From Epiperipatus broadwayi (lineage: Eukaryota > Animalia > Onychophora), in contig JAQFVV010000003.1 in assembly GCA_028023455.1 (NCBI GenBank), forward strand, positions 25,420,001 through 25,484,000: a stretch of DNA of 64,000 bases. The letters are read 5' to 3'. Shown here in pieces: positions 13,847 through 26,313 of this stretch (within the stretch, counting starts at the first letter, position 1; the number at the start of each line of letters is the position of its first letter). The notes beneath the pieces were generated by a model. The model had not been told where the DNA came from. It was given only the letters and a program-made list of their open reading frames with translations, and made no database searches. Position numbers and translations under genes: made by a program.

Positions 13847-16139
13847 TTGTAGAATATATAATTAAAAATGCACATGTTTCCAAAAAGCCATGCATGTAAA
13901 TTTGATCATGGAGGGTACAATATATATATAAGATTTTATATTGTGGCTGGAGTCCAGAGTATCCTTAGTTATCATCTTGTTTAAGAAACGGCACTGGTGT
14001 GGAAGTTTGTTTACCTTCTATATATTTACAATATATATACTGGCATACTGAATATTGTAAAATTAATTTAAGGGTTTTATTTTAATATATATATAACACT
14101 CTAAAAATAAAGTGACCCACCTATTTTTTAAGTTTTTAATATTTATAAGTTTATTACCAAATAGGTGGAAATTTAGAATGAAATTAATATACCAGAAAAA
14201 GAAAAATATGGGATTAATAATTATTAAACTAATAATAAACTACAGAAAGATGTGACAGAATCTAACTTTCAACAATCTCCTTTTTAAGAATCAAGCAGAA
14301 GTCAATTACAAATTTAGCACAGCTTAATGTATGAATGGCATATTGATTTCATTCTGAATTTTTACCAAAATTGAAAGGATAAACTCCTAAACATCATCAA
14401 AGACTTAAAGAATAAATGATTGGTTCTATGTTTCCCTTATTTGATTATTTAAAAAAGGGTTATAAAAAGTTAGATTTTATCTACATCTATCTATAATTGA
14501 TTATTAAAGCCATATTTTCTTCTCCTGATATATTAATTTCATTCTGAATTTCACCTATGATGCCAAGAATAAATTTATAAACATCAAAAGTTTAAAAAAT
14601 AGTGAGTACGTTTTATTTTTGATTTTGTTAAATCTACAGAATATTTATCCATAGCTTGAAAAAAGTGGTTTGCTTCCCTTAATTTCATATACATTAAAAT
14701 ATGCTAATTTGTGCTATATTTGGTATGATAGGCAATCAAAAAAAATGTAAAATTACAAATATAAAATTATTTGTACTAAATGAAAATGACATTATAAAAT
14801 AATCGTATATTTAATTTCTAATAAAGACATGTGCCATTCAAACACTACAGTACCAGATTAAATTCAATTCAGGTAGTTTTAGCTTGTGAATTCTTCACTC
14901 TACTATCATGCAACCCTATATAGAATACTGGTGACAAGAAGAAAATATCAAACATTTTACTTCATTTCTTTGTGAATAAATGTTTTAGAAAATATTTTAC
15001 ACAAATAATACCTTCAATTTTGTACAAATTTTTTAATTATAGAGACTTCCTTAATATAATCTTTATGGCCGGCGTATTTAAAAATTATGCCAGCAATGGA
15101 TAGTGCATTTCATCTTATTAGGAGCTTTATTAATTGATTTTGAAGATCCAGCAAATCTATTAATTACATAAGTAAATAGAATGCCCATTAAATAAGACAA
15201 AGATCTCTGCAATATCCCCCCTTCCCACCAAGAAATGGGAAAATAGAAAGCACAACTTACAAATTTCATCCTTGATTTATAACCTACTTAAGAATAACTA
15301 AATACCGATCACAAACTAATACCGGATAGTCATATGGGTTCAATATAAGACAGATTCCTGAAAGAAAATTACTAAGGCTGATTAGAATTTTTTTTAAAAA
15401 GTTTTATCCAGCCTGAATTCAAATTCAGGTTATAGACATAAATTAATGTGCTACATCTGAGTTTATCATGTGTTCAATACTTTCCCCTAAACTGCTAATA
15501 GAAATCAATGAAGGTAATTTTACATTGATCAAAGTATTATTTATGTTATGAGAGTGTTAGATAAATTAATCATCATTAAATGGTTTATTATTAAAAGTTT
15601 AGAAGAAGTTCAAGCACTGGTCTTTGAGTTCCAGAATCTACAACTCTACTGCTGCACCAAGAAAGTGTTTACTTGTAATCACAAGATAGAACTGATTAAT
15701 TATTGTTAATATTTGTAAATATTACAGAGCCAGGTTTGTATTAAAATATCTGAATTAAAAGAGCCTCTCAGATAAACTTCATCATGAAAAACAAAATCAT
15801 CTATTATTTATCTATTCAATGTAATTAGATATATTTTATTGCTAAAACTGATAAAAAGATTGTTTGCAAATTTATAAATTTTAACAAGTATACAAAAATA
15901 TAGAATTAATCAAGTTATTCACATTTTGTTTAAAAAATAAATACTCCTAATGCTATACTAGTAATTATAAATAAAATAGAAATTCATATTACATTACAAT
16001 AGTAGCCAAAAAACAAAATTTTATTAAAATTCTTCCATAACCATGGTTTCATATATTAACAAATAGATATTTTCTAGTAAAATTCAATTAGATATTTTCT
16101 AGTAAAATTCAATTAAACATACAACATATGCATATATAC

Positions 16140-16362
16140 ACACAAAATAAAATAGCATATTATTCACTTCAAAAACCAACTTCCTTTAATATCAAAGAAT
16201 GTCATGAAATTGATGGCCTCAGATTAAAAAAAAAAAAAAGAGTAAAAAAAAAATTTGATGCCAAAATTTTTTGAATCTGAAGCCATCAACTCATGAAGAC
16301 ATTCTTTGATGTTAAAGGAAGTTGGTTTTTGAAGTGAATGATGGGAAGTCTATTTTGTTTTG
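16140..16362. repeat. Inverted repeat, ~90-bp arms around an A-rich spacer
   Basis: attcacttcaaaaaccaacttcctttaatatcaaagaatgtc...gatggcctcagatt versus aatctgaagccatc...gacattctttgatgttaaaggaagttggtttttgaagtgaat. Confidence 0.85.
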
Positions 16363-16589
16363 TATATGTTGTATGTTTAGTTGAAATTCATTTGAAAAGA
16401 TTTATTTGTTAATAGATGAAATCATGGTAATGAAAGAATTTGAGTAATTTTTTTTTTTTTGGCTAGTATTGTAATGTTATATGAATTTCTATTTTATGTT
16501 TTGTATAATATCTGCATTAATTCAAAGGGATTATGTTATAAATATACTAATGTCAGAATTTTTTTTTTTTTAAATTCTTTTGGATGCAG

Positions 16590-17790
16590 ACTTATTAGTT
16601 ACAATATTAAAATAAGTTCATTCCAGTTTATCACTTTCTATGCAGAGCTTACTTAAATTAGATAATCAGTCTTGGAACATTTTTGACCAAAGATCATTTT
16701 TTAGCCATTTTAGCCTTAAAAAAAAAATTTTGCTAGATGAAAAAAAAATTGTCCAATTTTTCTTCTGCAGTATTATTTGATACATATCTTGATGAATCAT
16801 TTTTTTCAAAGTGATTTTGTTTGACATACAGGTAAAAGTGTAGGAATTCATCGACTAAAATAATGTTAGCATCCATTGTACACTTTCACAATAACATTTC
16901 TGTTCTCTGGTTGTTTGTATGCTCAGCAAAAATTAAAAATTTTCATCTATCTACCTATACAGTGTTATTATTCTATTAAGGTTGACATCAAAAGCATCCA
17001 TGAGAGAATAAATAAATTTAGAGAATGTTTATCTAAGGCTTTAGGTGATATTCCATAATTATGTTGTTTTATCACATTTTCTGTCTTTTGTAGCCTGAGT
17101 TTTGATATGAATTGTAGTAATGAGTTGTAAATATTTGACCAAGTGATCAAAGAAGTTTATAAACTTTAAGGTATCTTTTTAATTTTATGAAATTGATTTC
17201 ACAAATATACTTTCTATGAAAGATTTTCATCCTATTATTGAATAATTTCTTTTTCCATTTTACCATAGTTAATCTGATTAAGAGCAACAACAATGACAAC
17301 ATAACTTTTATTAATAGTTGAATCAATTTAGACTGAGGCTACCATAAAAGTTTAGAAATTTTTTGATTTAGAGATTTCTCATCTTACTGTGCCAAATTGC
17401 AATTTATTCAATTAGAGAAAAGGAATATCCAGCCTATGGAATAAACTTTGCAAATTTATTATTTTCCAAATTTTTTATTGAATTCTGTATTACTTTTCAA
17501 CCATATTGGATATTTATCATGTAATTATTCTCTATATTTATTGAACTATTTGTTTTTACCAATGTGATATTTCAGTTTTAAAAAATACAGAATATTAAAT
17601 TAATAATCCACCACTAGGAGAAACATCTAACAATGATAGTAAATTGATCAATATGAAGTATATCAATGGTTAAATTGATGGTCAAAAATTATTTTCCTGT
17701 TTGATATTCCTCAATATCACTTCTCAAATTTTATAAGACCTCAACTGAATAATCTTTTTATGTATGATTTTAGACAAATATCATGATTGA
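16590..17790 (-). pseudogene. hAT transposase relic (ZMYM1-like DDE domain + C-terminal dimerization domain)
   Basis: Minus-strand DILHIDQFTIIVRC (~17670-17630) matches the hAT D(I/V)SH.(E/D)Q(L/F).I.VRY motif. FLRLKWLKNDLWSKMFQD*LSNLSKLCIESD (~16730-16630) matches SFS.LK..K..LRS.M.Q.RL..L..L.IE. Many stops. Confidence 0.75.
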
Positions 17791-17849
17791 CCACAATTCT
17801 TACAAACATCACATGATCACCATTTCTTATGCTTTCATAACTTATTAAA

Positions 17850-18090
17850 CACAAAACCTATTTAAAAATAATCTTTCTTTTTTTTTTTTTTTTTAAATAT
17901 AAAAAAAAAAAAAAAAAATTGGGATTTGTATGGTAATAATAATAAGATTTTTTAAATTTATTTTTTAAATTTAATTTTATTTTTTTTTTAATTTTAATTA
18001 AAATAAAAAATAAATAAAAAAAAAAAATAAATAAAAAAAAAAAAAAATTTTTTTTTTTATTTAACATTTTTGTTAAATTTGTTAAAATAG
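17850..18090. repeat. Low-complexity tract of A/T homopolymer runs
   Basis: Almost no C or G over ~240 bp, with alternating poly-A and poly-T runs. Confidence 0.9.
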
Positions 18091-19089
18091 GGTTTATATA
18101 ATTTTCAGAATTTCTGTAGATTTGAACAAAATAAGTTTTATGCCATTCATTGAATTCAATAAAAGTTAAAGCTATAGTTGAAGTGATTTGATAAGAGAAA
18201 AGTTTGGATGCAAACAGGTGAATTTTATTTTAGTGAAAAAATACATTACACATTCTCAAAGAGAGATTTCTTCATTTACCATGATAATATAAATAAGCAT
18301 TTATTTTATATAGCGCATGTTTATAAATTGTAATACATTAAAGATCAGCCCGTCAAGCTATTATGCATGTGCTTTTTAAGAGTGTTAATAATAGATGAAT
18401 ATTTTGACTCCCAACACAAGATATAGTATTTAGGAAAGAATAAAATGAATCCATTTATTCTATCCAACCCAAATGCTTATATATGGGCAAATCTTAAGTA
18501 CTGGAAGTGAAAGCATGAGGGTAGACCACTCACTTTAAATTACTGTTTACGATGTCTGAATGAATGACATCGACAAAATTATCTAGATTTTACTAAACAT
18601 CATTCTCAAAGTATTCATTTATTATTAACACTCGTAAAAATGCACATGATAATATAAAATAAAATGAAAAGAATTGGGCTTGGTTTTTATGTGTCCACTT
18701 TGGTACTGAAATTCTAATAGAGCTATCTCAATCCTAAATAATATTTGCTCATTTATGGTACATAAACTTATTTCATTATTGTCTCTGAAATCACTAGCAT
18801 CATAAGCAATTGGCCTTTTAGAGTTTGCAATGCTAGAGCTTTCTCTGAGATCATTTTCTTTGTTTTCCAAATCTTTAAAATGGTAATGAACTTGATCTAC
18901 TTTTTGGTGCAATTATTGCATGGTATGTTTCTTTAACAGTCTATATTAATTCTTTGAGCTATAGGTTCTCTGTTAATTTATTGCTACTTTTCCAGAAGCT
19001 TTTTGTAATGATAATTACTGATAATAGTTCTTTCTTGAAGTTTTTGGTTAGTGATTTATTTATATAAATTTGTTCATTTTGTACAGTGA

Positions 19090-20165
19090 AGTCTTTCTTC
19101 TGTTTATAAGCATGAATGCTCTAAATCAAAATTACAGTTTACCAAAAATCTATACATACAGGAAAATACCTAGCCTATATCCAATCACACCAGAAACACA
19201 AAACATGGAGTTATACTATTACTATGGAACAGAACAAAAGAAGTTTGTTCAGAAACCAGTGATTTGGAAAAAGAAAAGATCTATATAGAACAAAATTTTA
19301 TGAAAAATGTTTATCCATCAGTTGTTATTAAGAAAACATTAAATAAACAACAAAAAGAAACACCAAGAGAAAAGACAATTATTAGTACTATAGTGTAGCT
19401 ATACATTCCAAAAATAGCAGACAAATTAAGAACAATCTGCAATTAATATAACATCAGCTTTCCAGAGCCACACCACATTATGAAGAATTTAACATCTACA
19501 AAGCCTAAACTTGAAATGCTGAAAAGAAAAACTGCATCAATGAAATACCATGCGAATGTGGAAGAACATACATTGGTGAGAACAGTTGTTCTATTGAAAA
19601 GCACTTGCAAGATCATAAACTGATGATTAGAAGAGAGATAACAGATATGTCTAAGGTAGCATACCATGTATGTGCCAATGAACATATGTTCAATTGGGAA
19701 AATACAAAAATATTGAATAAAGAAGAAAAGATACAAAGAAGAAATTTAATGAAGCTGCTCACATGACAATGGTGAAAAATTCCATAAGCCAAGCTAGTGT
19801 GACTATAATGTATGGAAACCACTAATCAACTTTGCTCTTACGAAAAAGTAAAAAAATCTGGAGGAACCTCATAGATAAGTATATAAAATTTCTACATACT
19901 GTTGCCTTTTGCAGAATAGCTCAATTGGTTAGAGCATTACCTTAAAATTCAATACTCAACACTCAAGAATCTAATGGTTCAGGTTTGATTCCCATGTTAG
20001 TATTATCACTGATGAGGCCAGCAACATCTAAAAAAAGAGGGATAATAATACCTCTCCAAATGTTGTGCATATACTGCTATTCTAACAGTTGAATGTATTT
20101 GGAAAATTTAAATAAAGTTAAATATTAGACGGTGAAAATAGTCCAATATAAAAATACAACTAGAA
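19090..20165 (+). mobile_element. 5'-truncated Penelope-like retroelement (thumb + GIY-YIG + terminal repeat)
   Basis: IYTYRKIP (YRKPT-like). The GIY-YIG segment reads actgcatcaatgaaataccatgcgaatgtggaagaacatacattggtgag (C..EIPCECGRTYIGE). The terminal repeat begins with tagctcaattggttagagc at ~19917. Confidence 0.88.
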
Positions 20166-20480
20166 TACCATCAACACAAACTTTCAGAAAAACATGAATG
20201 CTCTATATCTGAAGGAGTATGTATGTCTATTTCTGTCTGTTATATTTTTAATGCTTATTTATTACTATTGTCATAAAGAGTTAAAATTCAATATTATTAG
20301 GATTTACAGTGATTTAAAAATCATTTGTTGTCAAAACACATGCAATGGTGCTGCTTTAAAACTAAGTTCATCATTTGATTCTGAATAGTTTTAAAGCATC
20401 GACAAACTTTACTAAATAATAGCTATATACTTGTGCGTTTGTTAGAGTTATAAACATCATGGGTTTAATTATATTTATAT

Positions 20481-20695
20481 GTTGGACTATTTCCACCATC
20501 TAATATGAGTACTGAATGTCTTTAGAAAAATTTAATTTTATTTAAATATTCCAAATACACTCAACTTTTAGTAATAGCATACAGTTTACTATATGTTTCG
20601 AGAGGTATTATTCTCCCCTCTTCTTCGGGTGTTGCTCACTTGATTAGTGACAGTACTAGCATGGGAATCGAACTTGGACCTTTAGATTCATCATC
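20481..20695 (-). mobile_element. Solo copy of the Penelope terminal repeat (family A: tRNA-like 3' half + hammerhead-like motif)
   Basis: Reverse complement reads ggtccaagttcgattcccatgctagtactgtcac...gcaacacccgaagaagaggggagaataatacctctcgaaac...gatggtggaaatagtccaac, with no adjoining ORF. Confidence 0.85.
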
Positions 20696-21689
20696 ACAAA
20701 CCTTCAGAAAAACATCCCAAGTTTAATGTTATCAAGCAATTGCATCTAGTTAATAAAATCAAAGATAAAAAATCAAGTACAATATCACTCGTGTTCCGAA
20801 ATTTGAATATGTGATTTTACATTATTAAAGTCCCCGGTTTTTACTATTACAAAGAAATTTATGGTAAATTTAAAAATCTATCAGGAGGCCGAGTCTCGCC
20901 CTCCCTTACCATGAGACTCTGGGCTGCAATATAAATACATACTTTGTGACATACCTTACGTAAAGACATACTTTAGAATTATAAAACCTACACTTTAAAG
21001 AAATTTATTTTATATATACATATACAATAATTTAATAATACCGAACAAAAATAGTATTAATATTTTAAAAAAAAAGCTGTTATTTTTAAACAAACAATAA
21101 CATATCCCGAGGAAAGGATAAATTAATTAGTATTATAGCTATATATTTTCTTAAGCCTTTATGTAAATTTACTTTATAAATATTGTGAAAGATAACTGAC
21201 TGCCATCTGTCTCGATCTTGGTGGTCATATGATCTTCCTGTTAGCAATACTGACTAGAAATTAAGGAATGGTAATTTGTTTAAACCACCTGCATCAAAGC
21301 AAAACATTAATAATCAGTCAAACAAGCCCTAGACTCTGGAATTAATCATTGCAGAAAAAAAAAAGAAGCTTAAATAAAAATAAACAGATGCATTTTTAAA
21401 AAGTTTTCAATTAGAAACCATTTGAAAAAACAATCGTTGATGAAATTCGAAATTCAATGAAACATTAAAACAATAATAAAAACTAAAGCGAAGTTTCTAT
21501 CTTCTCTTATTTTAATTTTCTATATATATTATTATCACGAAATTTTAAAATAGATTAAAATTATTTATAGTTTATGTTCGTATTAAATTCTACATAGCAA
21601 AAAATTGCTACTGAATCAAAACAAATATAAAATATGTGATGCAACTTGTAAGATGTAATGGACCTTCAATATTTAAGCGATTCGAAGCA

Positions 21690-22720
21690 CTATGGTTTCT
21701 CCTTTCTCGGATTCAGGAATTCCTCTATGCCCAGAGAGCTCTGTTAGCCACCTTACCCCCCCCTTTCCATTTCCCTCCCTAAGTTTTTGCCATATTCTTT
21801 TCTATCTTGCTCCATTCCATTTCCACAACATTATCTTTGACCACACTATGGTCTTTATATCTAAATCCTCCTTATCTTTTTCCAAACCCAGCATAAAAAC
21901 CAAGGGTGAACCCATTTTCGGTGTAATTGTTTATATTTATTCTCCCACAACTTCATTATTTGCACTCTTTCTGCTTGTAATCATTTATGTTCAATTAATA
22001 GATGCCCAATATTTTCTATGTAATCCTTACATAACTTGCAGAATAAATCACCCACATTTCTTCATTTATGTGTACATTCCCTTCCTTGCTAAGATCCTGT
22101 TCAAACCTTAAAGTGTAAACTACTTTCTGAGTTATTATCATAAATTAATTCGCACCCAATATTCTGTTTACTTCTATATATTTAAACTTTTTATTCTCCA
22201 TATTAGTTTTCTATTTCTCTAACTCCTTATTTTTTATTAATGCATCTATTCTTCTATCCCATTTCTTGCCACTATAACACTCAACAATTCTCCTAACACA
22301 GTCATCCCATCTTTTCTATAAGTATACTGATATAAAGTCTTTATCCAAATCTTCTGCATACCATACTACTTTTCTCATCCATTTTATTGCCTGTCCTTTA
22401 CTCATAACCCAATTAAATATTATTTTGGATATTTTCTTATTATCTATAAATTGCAATCTACTGAACATTTTAATTTTACTTTTTGCATCTCTCATATAAA
22501 AACGTAACATCCCATTTCTCCATGAATTGCCTCCTTTGCCAACCACACATCTGTGTCTAATGCTTGTTTTCCTAATTCTCTTTGTACTTTTTCTAAGTAA
22601 TCTAATGCCCCATTACTAATATGCAATGCATTATTATCATACGTTAACTCTGCTACTGCCACTTCCTTCATATAATTCTAGCTACATCATATTTATTATA
22701 TAAAAACACTAAGCTATAAT
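21690..22720 (-). mobile_element. LINE 3' fragment with C-terminal CCHC-like knuckle
   Basis: ORF fragment MRDAKSKIKMFSRLQFIDNKKISKIIFNWVMSKGQAIKWMRKVVWYAEDL. Colinear and homologous with 57385-58380. Confidence 0.8.
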
Positions 22721-24201
22721 AATTAAACAGTAGATAGCAATGTAAATTCCAATATTGAAGCAGTCTATGTGTATGCACACACAGAGCTTCATGATATTTA
22801 TTTAAATGTAATATAAACCTAGAGTGATAGATCAAATAGCTAATTTTTCATCCTTTATTAAAAAATAATATATATGTGCGGGTGGGTATATGATTAAATG
22901 ATGGTATGCATATATATATATTGTTAACATTAAAATGCATTTCAGTTATATATTTGGAAAAGAAAATGTATTTTTTTTTTGTTTTGTATGTTTTTCTAAA
23001 AAAAGAAAAGGAAAAATTAAGTTGACTAATTTTTTTGCAATAGATTTTACTAATTGATGGCCAAACATTCAGCTAAAAGCAAGGATTTCTATAAGTCTTT
23101 TTTAAAACATTTGGAAAAATACAGTTCCATTGGGATGCAAATTATTTCTTGTCTTTGGGGACAATTAAGTTTTCTTACCTTATTTTAATCTTGATATGGT
23201 TTTGCAGATTGGTGCAAATTAGGAATTAGTCAACCGGTGTATTTTCTTTTCGAGAAAAAGTGAGTCTGGAGAATTAATTAAAATATTATTTTAAAAAAAT
23301 AAGAAGAGTAAAGAAAAATTATAGACATGATAGCTGGAGGGGTGGCTAAATATTATTTCTTGGTTTTTGCTGACTGAAATTTTTTTTTAGATTTGTAGGC
23401 ATATAAATACTGGGTTATATTTCTCTTTTTCAGGGACTCTCTCTAATGTACCGCTGAGTGTAAGCAGACATCATGCTGGTTTTCATGTATTATCATGGTT
23501 TCTGAGTAGAAGCAAGTTAAGCCTTCCCCATGTCAGATGATCTCTGGAGGAAGAGGGTGCATCTTTGGTGTGGAGAAACCTATCGATTCCATGATGCTGC
23601 TGTAAAGAAAGGGGGGATGTACCAGCTTCAAATCCAGTCTTTTCCTGTGTCCAGTAAACCAAGAGCCTGCCCAGAAATGTTTTAATTTGTAAGAAGACAG
23701 TTATACCATTATGCATCACCAAAGTAATCATCAAACAGCCTTCAATGCAAGTATGACCTTTTAATCTTTAAAGATAAAATATTTAAAGTGCCATCTATAA
23801 AACTCTATAATATCTACATTTAAATCCCTCAGATTCATAACTACTCGGTAAAAAAGACTTGATTCCAAAGGAAGATGTAATTACAAGTGTAGTAACTCTT
23901 TTATAACAAATCAGTTTATATCAGAATTTAATTTCTAATTGTTAATGGTACAAAATTCTGTAAACTATATAACATCAATTTTTTTATTATTTCTTTTGAA
24001 GTATGCCACTCACTTTTCTTTAGTTATATATATGTATCTTATTGATTAATATTATCTATATTATATTGATATGCCAACTCACAAGTATTTGGAGAGATGA
24101 TATTTTAATATTTAATCAATTAATGCATAAATTGTTTGTTTTGACTCCAATCTTTAGGGTGGAGAGTAACAATTATTTTATAAGTTTTTTCATATGTCAT
24201 A

Positions 24202-24286
24202 GCATCTGCCGGGACGCGAACCCACACCCGTCTGCAACCAACTACTTGCTTGCATGGCGGCTGCGATACCTCTCGGCTAACAACGC
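24202..24286 (-). pseudogene. tRNA-derived sequence (pseudo-tRNA or SINE head)
   Basis: GCGTTGTTAGCCGAGAGGT (A box) ... GGGTTCGCGTCCC (B-box-like T arm), with the 3' GCAGATGC pairing imperfectly to the 5' end. Anticodon stem is broken and there is an extra insert. The 5' end resembles 54234-54275. Confidence 0.6.
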
Positions 24287-24513
24287 AAGACAATTATTTT
24301 ATAAGTTTAAAGTAACAAGCGCAAACTTGAATTTCTTAAATCATTCATCCAAATCCTTGTTAGTTAAATGTTGTCATTTGTTTGTTTAAAAAAAGAGAAA
24401 ATCAAATATCTGAATTAAAACTTTACAATCTACTTGTATATATGTAATTAAACCAGTACCTCATTAACAAAATTAAGAATAAATGAGTGCTAAAATCATT
24501 ATTTAAGTCCACA

Positions 24514-24883
24514 CCTATTTAGTTTATATTTGGTTGAAATTCTTTAATGATAATTAAATGAAATAATCTATATGCGCGTTTATTTATGAGTTAAAAGAAA
24601 TAATCATGTTTTTTTTTTTTTCAAACGTAAAACTGGCAAGGTTATTTATTATGAAAGTATGTGTTCATCCCGCCACATCTATTTAATAATGCATACATCC
24701 TATTTAGTTTATATTTGGTTAAAATTCTTTATGATAATTAAATGAAATAATCTATATGCGCGTTTATGTATGAGTTAAAAGAAATAATCATGTTTTTTTT
24801 TTCAAATGTAAAACTGGCAAGGTTATTTATTATGAAAGTATGTGTTCATCCCGCCACATCTATTTAATAATGCATACATCTAG
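24514..24883. repeat. Direct tandem duplication, 185-bp period
   Basis: cctatttagtttatatttggtt...gttcatcccgccacatctatttaataatgcatacatc occurs twice, starting at 24514 and 24699. Confidence 0.95.
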
Positions 24884-25686
24884 GGGGAAAGTATTATGTC
24901 TGTCTCAGCAGGCATATCTTATTACCTCCTTAGCGATTTACTATAATAATTCATAATTAAGCTTTATACTTAAGCTCATGGGCATTTTATAGCCCATAAA
25001 ATGTGGTTATCCTGATTTCCACATCATTGCTTGTTTTATTAAATTTTAAATACAGGCTTAAATATCTATCCAAGTAGGAGTTAGTGCTTTTTGGCCAGTA
25101 TATCAATGTTACTTGGTAGAATATATCTGTGCCTACATACTTCCAATAAATGAAAAGATGTTGAGCTGCCAGATGGATATTTTACCGGTACTGGAGATAG
25201 CCATATTTTTGAGTCAATAAATGGGTACTCTATGACAATAGTGATTCATAAGCCATGCTCCAGTTTCCTGCATGTACCATGACATGTCTACAAAGGAACA
25301 TATATATATATATGACAATAGATGGCGTTCTACCAAAAACACCGTCAAGCGTATGTTTTGTTTACATAGTTCCACTTTCAGATCATGATTTCAAGCTATT
25401 TGCTATTTTAGACACGTAATGTCTTCAAACTCAGCATAGCAAGCCAGATAGCTACATGGGTCTGATATCAGTTCAGCATCACCACATAGTAGAAGCCTCT
25501 GCAATATATATCATTGCAAGAAAGACCTCAAAGGTACATTTATGAAAAACAAAAAAACACAAGTTAAAACTTGCTAACGCTTGTATTTATGACAATAGAT
25601 GGCGTTCTACCAAAAACACCGTCAAGCGTATGTTTTGTTTACATAAATGTCAGAGCAAGCATTCACTATCTCTAACTTTAGTTCCA

Positions 25687-25730
25687 CTTTCAGATCATGA
25701 TTTCAAGCTATTTGCTATCGTCAGTGAAAG
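25687..25730 (-). ncRNA. Minimal type I hammerhead ribozyme (family D)
   Basis: Reverse complement: ctttca CTGACGA tagcaaatagctt GAAA tcatga TC tgaaag. Stem I ctttca/tgaaag is perfect. Confidence 0.8.
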
Positions 25731-25865
25731 ACAGGAATAAGAAACTAGATCTAAGCACAAACTCTGAGCATTTATGAAACAGTTTCTATTCAGCTTGCAA
25801 GCGTGAATCTTTTAGACACATAATGTCTTCAAACTCAGCATAGCAAGCCAGATAGCTATTCCTGT

Positions 25866-25909
25866 CTTTCACTGATGATAGCAAATAGCTTGAAATCATG
25901 ATCTGAAAG
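25866..25909 (+). ncRNA. Minimal type I hammerhead ribozyme (family D)
   Basis: ctttca CTGATGA tagcaaatagctt GAAA tcatga TC tgaaag; predicted cleavage after position 25903. Confidence 0.8.
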
Positions 25910-26270
25910 TGAAACTAAAGTTAGAGATAGTGAATGCTTGCTCTGACGTTTATGTAAACAAAACATATGCTTGATGATGTTTTTGGTAGAATACCATCTA
26001 TTGTCATAAATACAAGCATTAGCAAGTTTTAACTTGTGTTTTTTTGTTTTTCATAAATATACCTTTGAGGTCTTTCTTGCAATGATATATATTGCAGAGG
26101 CTTTTACTATGTGGTGATGCTGAATTGATATCAGACCCATGTAGCTATCTGGCTTGCTATGCTGAGTTTGAAGACATTACATGTCTAAAAGATTCACGCT
26201 TGCAAGCTGAATAGAAACTGTTTCATAAATGCTCAGAGTTTGTGTTTAGATCTAGTTTCTTATTCCTTTT

Positions 26271-26313
26271 TTTCACTGACGATAGCAAACAGCTTGAAAT
26301 CATGATCTGAAAG
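26271..26313 (+). ncRNA. Minimal type I hammerhead ribozyme (family D)
   Basis: tttca CTGACGA tagcaaacagctt GAAA tcatga TC tgaaag; predicted cleavage after position 26307. Confidence 0.8.

Noticed and set aside
17858-18067. K/F-rich ORF
   Set aside because: Translation of an A/T homopolymer tract that may itself be low-quality sequence.
23430-23740. GC-richer segment with an 83-aa ORF
   Set aside because: Different frames give weak, conflicting hints (LLDTG; GHRKRL..PP); no assignment is supportable. Probably a TE relic.
24202-24286. Functional tRNA gene
   Set aside because: Anticodon stem does not pair, D and T stems are imperfect and there is an extra insert; kept only as a tRNA-derived relic.
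24850-24883. CTAG at the end of the 185-bp duplication as a Helitron 3' end
   Set aside because: No clear subterminal GC hairpin, and the following base is G rather than T.
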